DNA of 64,000 bases from positions 62,001 to 126,000 of the forward strand of contig OW569374.1 of the NCBI GenBank assembly GCA_937625935.1. Reading direction: 5' to 3'. This stretch comes from Tetramitus jugosus. Lineage: Eukaryota > Protista > Heterolobosea. Position numbers and translations under genes: made by a program. This document shows, in pieces, positions 1-8,414 of this stretch. The notes beneath the pieces are model-generated. The model was not told the DNA's origin. It made no database searches and worked only from the letters and a program-made list of their open reading frames with translations. Numbering within the stretch: the first letter of the stretch is position 1; each line of letters starts with the position of its first letter.

Positions 1-603
1 ACTCATGAGTGAGAAGAAGGTGTAAGATGCTGGGTCTGAGATCTTCGTGGCAAACAACACAAAGAATAGAAATGATATGTTTGTCACAACAGTTACAAGG
101 ATCAATAACGATCCAATGGTATACAGTAGATATGACATCTTTCGACCAACCAATCCAATAGCAACCAAAACCTTGATGAAGAGGAGACAGAGAGCCAAAA
201 TGAGAGCAATGGGGAAAATGTATGAAATGGTTCGAATTCCAACAAACGCATCTTGTAAAGCCAGAAACTTCTTCAGTTGTTTGGGATCTCTGTAATTGAA
301 CGTCTGGTACACCCTGGCGAGACGAACAGCAGACGATACAATACACAGAATGTTGAAAATGATACACAGGATGAAAATAGGGAGTCTGTTCCACTTCTTC
401 CTGTAGATGATGGGCACCAAGACAGCAAGTGTCACCAGTAATCCAATGGAATAGATGATTAGGAAGAGAGGGGTGGAAACCTTATCAGTCATTTTCTTTC
501 TGAGATCTGCTGCAGTGGCTCCTTGAGCCGGACGAGTACTGTTTCCTCCTGAAGAATTAGTGGCCATAATCCACAGAAGTGTGTCCAAAGAGTCGTATGA
601 CAT
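1..603 (-). CDS. Multi-pass membrane protein (possibly 7TM/GPCR-like), 3' part outside window
   Basis: Manual translation from ATG at 603: MSYDSLDTLLWIMATNSSGGNST...PLFLIIYSIGLLVTLAVLVPIIY...LPIFILCIIFNILCIVSSAV...YIFPIALILALCLLFIKVLVAIGLV...LLYTIGSLLILVTVVTNISFLFFVLF. 201 codons open to the edge, four hydrophobic helices, N-terminal N-glycosylation sequons (NSS, NST). Not in the ORF track because it has no stop in the window. Confidence 0.8.
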   Translation of the reverse strand, partial: MSYDSLDTLLWIMATNSSGGNSTRPAQGATAADLRKKMTDKVSTPLFLIIYSIGLLVTLAVLVPIIYRKKWNRLPIFILCIIFNILCIVSSAVRLARVYQTFNYRDPKQLKKFLALQDAFVGIRTISYIFPIALILALCLLFIKVLVAIGLVGRKMSYLLYTIGSLLILVTVVTNISFLFFVLFATKISDPASYTFFSLMS

Positions 604-869
604 GGTTTTGTCGTTTTTTGATGTTCTTCAGACCGTTAACTCAAGTATATAATGAGAGAGAATAAATCCTGAACGATGGTGACCTTGCGGTATTCAGCTC
701 TGGGGTATCGTCAATTATATCTTGATGTTGACAATTAGGGTTACCTATACCGGATGTCGATGCACTAATCTCACATTCCGAATCAAGGGAGAGGGACGGA
801 AAGGGCTCACCAATCAGGACGACAGCTCATCAAAGTAATTCGAGGAAAAGCTCAAAGGACGGATCTTCT

Positions 870-2540
870 TTATTTTGAGTCATATTGAGTTGTTATGACA
901 GGAAAGGCATTCTGTTTGCTGAGAACCATGACACCATGACTGTGTGACAAGTATCCCTTGATGTATCCATGGTAGAGAAGGGAGGACAGGATGCATTCCA
1001 CTTCGGCAATATCAATGTCCTCTACTCCCAGGTATCTCAAGCACACAAGGATGTCAACAAATTTAATTTTGAAACTCTTGCGTATCTTTACACAACTGTA
1101 CAAATGAATCAACATCATCATAATTGCTTAGAACATGTCACATACACAACAAACACATAAATAGTCAATACACATACATGAGTCGGAACAAATTCCGATA
1201 TACGATTGTCTTTGCTCGCTCAATAATCAAGAATATACCCTTTCGTATAAAATAGTCCTGATACTCGTCTAATGCATTCTGAAACAGTCTCAAATCTCCT
1301 GTTCGATACGCCTGATTCAAATCGATAAACTCTGTTAATTGATACTTTTCCAATAGATCAAAACTAGGACTCTTGCCACATATCCACTGCACGGGTATCA
1401 AATAATTGAGAATCAGTTTTCTGTTATTGTCTGAAAAGAGACAATTGTTGTACGCGTACAATAGTTTCTCTCTCGCTGTTGAGAAATTGGAGTCGAATAG
1501 AGCAATTCTTCCAGAATAGTACTGATAGGTCACCTTGGCCGACATGTTATACTTTTCAAATGGAGGCATGTTCGGTGCTTCATCAATCGTCTTGATCAAA
1601 TTGTTGCACAATCGAAGCTTGTTGATTCGGAAGTAAATGACAAACAAGTTGTTGGCAATGTCCATAAGCAGCCATCTCTTGGATACGTTGCCCTTCTGTT
1701 GCAGCGATGTTCTGTCTGCTGTGGCAATCTGGAAACATTTCATAATCATACCAGCAGCATTCTCGAGCAGAGAACTTGTTTCTTCTTCGTTGCTGTCGTC
1801 TTGTTGTTCTTGTTGTCGATTCTTGTTTTGTTTTCCCGATTGTTTCATTTGGTTCTCTGCCTATAAGAGAGAGATAGTTGGTGAGTTTACAACAACAAAT
1901 ACAAAAACAATACATTACAATGAAAAAATACAAAAAACAACAACAAAATGCACGTACGAGTATAGCGTATTCTCTCACCATTCGCATCAACAACTTTGCT
2001 AATGGAAAGGTCCAGCCAGCAGTATCATACCGAAACAACTCATCCAGGAACATTCTATAGATGCAACCAACACAAATAACCACACAAAAAGCAAAGCATT
2101 CATCAAAAGTTTGTTTTTACGTCATGTTAAAAAATCATCACCAAACAACAACAGCAAAAGCTAACAACAATAAAAATTTTGCAAGCACAAATCACAAATG
2201 GCGCCAATCAACCACTACAATTTTGGCGCCAACACAAAAATACCACGATTGATCACAACACATACTTGAACGATTTTGAAATATTTTCATAAGCTTGTTC
2301 CATATTGTTCTTCTTTAGTTCAACCATGGCAGTGATCCACTTGATGGCCATTTCACCATGATTACTCATGTTTTGAGAGCATAACTGAGGTATCATTTTC
2401 GTATTCAATGTGAACAAAAAGTTTCTCTTGTCTCTTGTCGATGGATGCATGTGTCTCTCTAGCAAAGCAGCAGCTTCAGCACCATTTTTCGATTCCAGTG
2501 CAAAGTTGAGACCATATAATAGTTCTTGTGGGTTACTCAT
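870..2540 (-). CDS. PCID2: PCI domain-containing protein 2 (PCID2/Thp1/CSN12-like), 4 exons, ~426 aa
   Basis: Exons 2540-2266, 2054-1958, 1860-1178, 1095-870 join in frame across GT..AG introns (1281 nt). Motifs NNLFVIYFRINKLRLC, VTYQYYSGR, VECILSSLLYHGYIKGYLSH..VMVLSKQNAFP are typical of PCID2. Confidence 0.9.
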
Positions 2541-2693
2541 TATGATCTCAAATATTCTCCTCAGTTCAATTCGCGCGTTTTTTTTATGTCGATCGGGCGC
2601 TGTTGTTTCTCTTTCCCGAATGGGAGAAATTATTTTCGCGAAAGTCCGACTTAACAAAGAGCTCCGGAACCTGGAAACAAGAAAAGTGCAAAT

Positions 2694-3593
2694 ATGAGTG
2701 TGCAGATACAACTACCACCAGACCAAGGTAGTCCTATTATTGATGACCATGGAAGTCAACAAGAGTTATTGCGTGAGACCAAGACTTGCATCCTAAAGTA
2801 CCAAACCTTGTACACTGAGAGTGACATCCTGAACTTGTATGTGTTTGGCAGCAGAGTGTACGGCACAAGCAATGAACAGAGTGACTTTGATGTGATTTGT
2901 GTGGTCAAGGACGAGTGCTTCCAAGTTCAGGTCAACAGAGAAAACAGTGAAGCAACTACTACGTCAGTGAGTGCACATTTGAGAAAAACTGGATTCGTTC
3001 AGTGTTTTGCAGAGAAGCTTAGTGTGCAGCTCGATATCACACTATACAGCAAGAGCTATTTTTTGAACAAACTGAATGACTATTGTGTGCACGAGCTGAC
3101 ATTGATTTGGCTGCCTCAACAGTTCCGGTTACAGGAACAGTTTTCGTTGTTGGAGGATTGGAAGGATTTGGACAGTGAAGGAGTTCCTGTCATACAATTA
3201 GCCAAACTGAGAAAAACGATTAGCAGCCAAACCAATAGTGTATGGAAAGTGTCAAAGAAGTGGTTTGAAGAAGCTGTGAAGAAGGCTAGTGAATCGCCAG
3301 TTGATGATGCGAATGGTTCGGAAGATCAACACGAGATCAATGCACCAGTATGGACAGATGATTTAATGAAGGCAAAGAAGGGATTTATTCATTGCTTAAG
3401 AATATTTCAGTTTGCCACTCAAATTGCAAAGAAGGGCAAAATTGAGAACTTTGATTGTGCCAACGAGTATATGCTTCATCCATGGATTCGTGATTCTAGC
3501 ATGACAGACTTGGACAAGTTTCATGGGCACTTTAGACCCATAATGGTCAAGTTTCATCACGAGTTTGGTGATGCCGCACCAAAGACAAAATAA
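2694..3593 (+). CDS. DNA polymerase beta-superfamily nucleotidyltransferase (RlaP-like), 299 aa
   Basis: LYVFGSRVYGTSNEQSDFDVICVV matches hG[GS]x(9-13)DhD. Candidate third acid in QLDITLY. Helical C-terminus AKKGFIHCLRIFQFATQI. Intronless. Confidence 0.8.
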   Translation: MSVQIQLPPDQGSPIIDDHGSQQELLRETKTCILKYQTLYTESDILNLYVFGSRVYGTSNEQSDFDVICVVKDECFQVQVNRENSEATTTSVSAHLRKTGFVQCFAEKLSVQLDITLYSKSYFLNKLNDYCVHELTLIWLPQQFRLQEQFSLLEDWKDLDSEGVPVIQLAKLRKTISSQTNSVWKVSKKWFEEAVKKASESPVDDANGSEDQHEINAPVWTDDLMKAKKGFIHCLRIFQFATQIAKKGKIENFDCANEYMLHPWIRDSSMTDLDKFHGHFRPIMVKFHHEFGDAAPKTK

Positions 3594-3637
3594 ATTCAAT
3601 CCTACTCTCTCAACCAACGTATTATCCCCCATGTGGT

Positions 3638-4699
3638 CTAAGAGTCCGAAGTATTGTTTTCGACGACTCGAGATGGACGGGAGTGAACGATATCCTCCAC
3701 CACTTTAGAGTGATCAAATACTCTTGTTCGACAAGGATAGACGCCACCCTTGAAGTATTCGATACTAGTTCCGTGTCGTTTCCCTTCAACATAGCTGACT
3801 TCTGATTCCTTACTACCGAAAATGTCGTATATTTCCTCTACTCCATGAAATTTACCATTGGCGTATTGGTATTTCTTCCAGATGCGATTCTCCAAGGTCT
3901 GTCTATACTCAATTTTTGTTCCATTCAACTTGCCTGCCTTGTATTCACATTGTTGAGTAATGATTACCTTAAACTTGCCATCAATGACTCCTTCATTAGT
4001 GCTAGCATCCAATTTTTGTTTTGAAACTTGTTTCTTAACTGGTGCAGGACTGTCGCTTATATTCAAAATCTTGTACTCAATCAGTGGTCCATGCAACTTG
4101 TTGTCTTGATAAAAACATTGACTCTCGATCGAATCTGGCAATTTCTTGAAATAGTTCACAAACTTACCATGTTTCTCACCGTTTTCAAACTGTTCTTCAT
4201 GCGATACTCTTCCATTCTTATAGTAGTGAGTCATCTTCCCATGTTTCTTTCCATTCTTGAACCAAAGCTCCGATATCAAATATCCTCTCATCATTGTTAC
4301 ATTTGGATCCGAACTGGACGATCCATCACCAGTGTTGTTCACCGTATTGGCAAGTGCACGATCTGATGGAACCAGAGAATAAGTCAATTCTTTGCCTTGT
4401 TTCAATCCCAAGACGTATTGTACGGTTTTCACTTGTCGTTTGCTTCTTGTTTCCACTTGTACATTATGTGGAACTTTCAAATCTTTGCAATGCTCCGTCA
4501 TGAAATAGTCAGAAAAGATGACAGAGTGCCACTGAGAGGACACGAAACGAGCTCTATTCAAATCTTTACTCTTCAAGTATCGGAAGATGGAGAAGAGAAT
4601 GTCATTATTGTCCAACAGACTATGACTACAGGTGTCAAGTTTCTTGTGTTTGGATTTGCGCTCTTTGAAGGGCGTTGTAACAATGTGCTTTCTCTTCAT
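3638..4699 (-). CDS. F-box protein with MORN-variant (MORN_2/YwqK-like) repeats, 353 aa
   Basis: F-box LLDNNDILFSIFRYLKSKDLNRARFVSSQWH. Repeats FKNGKKHG..YYKNG, FENGEKHG, YKAGKLNG, YANGKFHG, YVEGKRHG. Basic N-terminus. Confidence 0.85.
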   Translation of the reverse strand: MKRKHIVTTPFKERKSKHKKLDTCSHSLLDNNDILFSIFRYLKSKDLNRARFVSSQWHSVIFSDYFMTEHCKDLKVPHNVQVETRSKRQVKTVQYVLGLKQGKELTYSLVPSDRALANTVNNTGDGSSSSDPNVTMMRGYLISELWFKNGKKHGKMTHYYKNGRVSHEEQFENGEKHGKFVNYFKKLPDSIESQCFYQDNKLHGPLIEYKILNISDSPAPVKKQVSKQKLDASTNEGVIDGKFKVIITQQCEYKAGKLNGTKIEYRQTLENRIWKKYQYANGKFHGVEEIYDIFGSKESEVSYVEGKRHGTSIEYFKGGVYPCRTRVFDHSKVVEDIVHSRPSRVVENNTSDS

Positions 4700-4869
4700 T
4701 TTTTTGTGTTTTGACGTATTTTTATGTTCTTTTCAACAATTCCCGCAGTATTAATAAAACGATGGGTTCAAAGCGCGTGACAAGGTAAAATCTGGCCGAG
4801 CTCGAACCAACTTGGAGAAAGCTCAGATCGCAGAAATTTTACGCGAGACCCTATACCAACAGACCGAAG

Positions 4870-5817
4870 ATGAAAGGTCACACACAATTTATTATCCATC
4901 TTGTTCTTCTGATCTCTTTTGTTGTGATGTGTCTGATAGAGAAGAGAGTCTTCTCCCAACAAGGAACTTTATCCAACAACGACAGCGAAATGAGAGGAAG
5001 CAAACAGTTGAACAATGTATTATCGGTAGCAATTGGAAATGGGCGCAACGGTGCACTGTTCAAGATTATCTACCTGCCAAACTCTGTTCTCTCAAAACCA
5101 ATTCCGTCATTTTGCTCCCGCAAATTGTATGGTGTTGACTTGAAAGAGCCTAGTTCTTTTGAGGGAGCTCTCGCTCGAGTGTACAAGTCCAGAACTCTCC
5201 GAATCGGTGTGTATCTGGGTGATCCTCTACTGTTCTCTGTTGACGATAAGGGAGTGGCGTCAGGATATCTTGTCGATGCTAGTTGGATAATCACCAGTCA
5301 AATGGGATTGATTCTAGGTAGGAAGATAACTCCCATGTTCATACCTTACACATTCACAAATTTCATGAAAGATACAACCGATCTGATCAACAGTGAAAAG
5401 ATTGACACTGCCCATGTCTTTTACTTGGCCTCACGTTCTCTCAGTGTCGACTACACTTGTTTCTATCGAGATGCGTTTGGACTCGCAGCGTACGCTGATT
5501 CAGTCGTCGGTCTACCAGCTTCTGTGGGAACTCCTTCAAACATCCTCGATCTAAATCAACCCTACATTCGAGTATCAATCATCGCAGGGACGATGAGTGA
5601 GGACGCAGCAGATAAGTTTCTCCCTTTGGCACAAAAGAAGTTTTTTACCTCGAGCGACAACGCCTTCAATGCCGTAGGAAGAACAGCAGACATTGTATTT
5701 TATGACGAGAACTCAGTCGCCCTTTACAACAGTCAAAATGACAACCGCTTAGTTCTGGTCAAGAACACCCAAACGTTTTTTGTAGGTGGAGTTGGGCTCA
5801 TTACAAAACGATTCTAA
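4870..5817 (+). CDS. Solute-binding protein family 3 (type 2 periplasmic binding fold)-like protein with N-terminal anchor/signal, 315 aa
   Basis: Hydrophobic N-terminus (FIIHLVLLISFVVMCLI), then ALARVYKSRTLRIGV..PLLFSVDDKGVASGYLVD..LGRK, RSLSVDYT, VSIIAGTMSE, GRTADIVFYD. This resembles bacterial amino-acid binding proteins. Confidence 0.65.
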   Translation: MKGHTQFIIHLVLLISFVVMCLIEKRVFSQQGTLSNNDSEMRGSKQLNNVLSVAIGNGRNGALFKIIYLPNSVLSKPIPSFCSRKLYGVDLKEPSSFEGALARVYKSRTLRIGVYLGDPLLFSVDDKGVASGYLVDASWIITSQMGLILGRKITPMFIPYTFTNFMKDTTDLINSEKIDTAHVFYLASRSLSVDYTCFYRDAFGLAAYADSVVGLPASVGTPSNILDLNQPYIRVSIIAGTMSEDAADKFLPLAQKKFFTSSDNAFNAVGRTADIVFYDENSVALYNSQNDNRLVLVKNTQTFFVGGVGLITKRF

Positions 5818-6194
5818 GGAAGTTAACGTCAGACATAACTTTCAAACTCCTCCATACCAAAAAGAGAGAAACTCTTGTTGGGCGCAATTTCGACCGTCGG
5901 TAAATTGTTGAACTACCTTGTATCTACGGAGATTTGCTGCGCAAAGCGCTCGTCGAAAAAATCTGTTTGCGTGGTTTTTTTGAGAAGCGCTTCGGAGATA
6001 AATGTCTTTGCGTGTTCCAATGGCAGAGCTCTATAAAGGGTCATTTCCTCTCGGTGGTTGTTCTCCTCTCTCAGTTAAAAAGCAAACAACTGCACCTCCA
6101 TTTTATCTACCCAATAACAACAACAAACAAAACAACTAGAAGAAAGCTTTCTTCTCGCAACAACACACATCCATTTTTTAAAAAAATAACACAT

Positions 6195-6989
6195 ATGATA
6201 AACAGAACAACTCTATCGTTTGCGATTTTATTCGTGATTGCTGTACTGACACTATTGATGACTCATCAATCAAACGCACAACAAGTAGTTCCTGCTGGAT
6301 GGACATGTGCTCCTGAATTGTATGGTGCAGGTGACTTGGTCTGTAATTGCTTGTGTGGTGTGCCTGATCCTGACTGTTTTGTCAATATCACATTGTCTGA
6401 TAATTCAACCATGTTGACAACTCAGAATATAACGACAGTTGGTTGTCCATGCTCCCATATGGTATGTTTATTTTGCTATGATGATGATTATTATTTTCTC
6501 TCTCACTGTATGATTGTATTTGGCGCCAATATTTTCGTTGTAATGATGGCGCCATGTGTTTTGTTTCGCAAGCAATCATCGCTTTTTCATTGTGCATGGA
6601 AAGCTAACACGACAATCAAATAGACCTGTAACAGTGCTGCTCTCTGTACTGGTGTGTGCAACAAGAAGGATTATGATCGATTGTTGGCCAGAACGGACTT
6701 TATTGAGATTTTGTCCATTATCAACACGATTTTGATCACCATTTTGTTGATTACTGTCATCACATTGGTTGCTATTCGTCTGTTTGAGGACCAAGTGGCC
6801 GCCAACAAGTACAAGGATCCAACAGTGATCGAAGAAGGTATCATGGACGACGTGGCTCACTTTCTTAACAATATTCTATCATTTGGTGGCAGATGTCATA
6901 AGATTCCTGCTATTCCAACGAGAAGAGACCGTGTGGCAAGATATGAAGCTAAGCTATTGCTCGAAGAAAACAATGGTCCACGACCATAG
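6195..6989 (+). CDS. Small type I membrane protein with Cys-rich ectodomain, 2 exons, ~210 aa
   Basis: Exons 6195-6461 and 6624-6989. Intron GTATGT...GCTAAC...AAATAG is phase 0. Signal peptide, WTCAPELYGAGDLVCNCLCGVPDPDC...CPCSHMTCNSAALCTGVC, one TM (ILSIINTILITILLITVITLVAI). Confidence 0.8.
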
Positions 6990-7218
6990 AAAAATCAATA
7001 AACCCTTTCAAGCGACACTCTTGAAAACGAACATTTACAGTAGATTCAACGAGAGAGCTGTTGCGAAGGAATCCCGCGAGATTCTCTATCGTTTCGCCGT
7101 TACCTGAAACTTACGAACGGGAAAAGTGAGCTTGCGGCGGAGTTGATGCGTGAGTGTGTAATGAATGAGAACGACAAAGATAACAAGAAACGTTTTAGCT
7201 TTTTCAAGAAGATTCATC

Positions 7219-8379
7219 ATGGGACAACTGTGCGGCAAGACTAGGAGGAACTCGAGTGATTCAAAGGATGGAACGTACAAACAAGTTCAAGACAAATCGA
7301 CTCCAATCAAGAAGGGTACTGCATTGAAGGGAACACTGGGTTATAGTTGGGAACAATGTCTATCCAAGCCAGTAAAGCTTGATCGATCCGCAATCAACAA
7401 GAAAGACTTTTGGATCAGAGACAGAGACAACGACTTGATCATCAGAAGACCTGGTCAAGTGTCTGGAGAACAGTTCATCATTGAGAATTGTACAAATTGT
7501 GACTTTTACATTCTGGATCATTCTGATGCTGTGACTGTAGATGACTGCAAGAATTGTCGATTCTTTTTCGGACCAATCATGAGCAGTATCTTTATTCGTA
7601 ATTGTGAAGAGTGTAAGTTTGGTGCAATTGCTTGTCAACAGTTTAGAACACGAGATTGTAAGGATATGGATGTACTGCTTTACTCTCAAACAAGACCAAT
7701 CATTGAAACGACAACAAATATTCGGTTAGGATGCTTCGATGGATACTACATTGAACTATTCAATCAATTTTCCTTTGCACGGTTGTCAGTGTTCAATAAT
7801 ATCTGGAGTGTGATCCATGATTTTACTCCTAATTCCGCTGGATTGAACTATTCCATACTACCCATCGAAACAACCTACACCCAGTTCATGAAACCCATCA
7901 GTGAAGTGTGTCCGGACATATTGAGTGAAGAACAGGAGAGGGAATTGAGAAGTGAACGACAATTGCTTGTTCCGCTAACTCTATGCGCTAATACCGCGCT
8001 TAAAGAGACAAAGAGAGCTATTATCTTCTTACCAGGATATACCGGTGATGCCTTTCAATTCACTCGCTTCTTCTATACATCAGAGGAAGCAAAGACCTTC
8101 AAGGCTGTCCTGGCACGATGCAAGGAATGGAAATTCTCTGAATACGATGCAAAAGCAATGTTCAAACGAAATGACTCCCCAAAAATTCAAAAGGCAACCA
8201 AGAATATTCCTAGCGGAGCATCCATAGTGATGATGGTGAGTGCTCCTGCTGTGGATGAACTGTTGGCGAGATGCTTAGCCAATGTGAATTCGGATGCCTA
8301 TTATGTGACAACAACAGACGAGGAATCGAACGATCTGTTGGCGTACGTATTTACGATTCACAGGTCTGATGTAAACTGA
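7219..8379 (+). CDS. RP2: Protein XRP2 / RP2 (TBCC-domain ARL3 GAP with degenerate NDK-like C-terminus)
   Basis: Likely start MGQLCGK (myristoylation Gly2 plus nearby Cys). PGQVSGEQFIIENCTNCDFYILDHS..VDDC..IFIRNC..ACQQFRTRDC..PIIE..LSVFNNIWSVIHDFTP. Confidence 0.9.
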   Translation: MGQLCGKTRRNSSDSKDGTYKQVQDKSTPIKKGTALKGTLGYSWEQCLSKPVKLDRSAINKKDFWIRDRDNDLIIRRPGQVSGEQFIIENCTNCDFYILDHSDAVTVDDCKNCRFFFGPIMSSIFIRNCEECKFGAIACQQFRTRDCKDMDVLLYSQTRPIIETTTNIRLGCFDGYYIELFNQFSFARLSVFNNIWSVIHDFTPNSAGLNYSILPIETTYTQFMKPISEVCPDILSEEQERELRSERQLLVPLTLCANTALKETKRAIIFLPGYTGDAFQFTRFFYTSEEAKTFKAVLARCKEWKFSEYDAKAMFKRNDSPKIQKATKNIPSGASIVMMVSAPAVDELLARCLANVNSDAYYVTTTDEESNDLLAYVFTIHRSDVN

Positions 8380-8414
8380 GAGGGATTCAATAAATACAAT
8401 TTATGGTGAATAAG

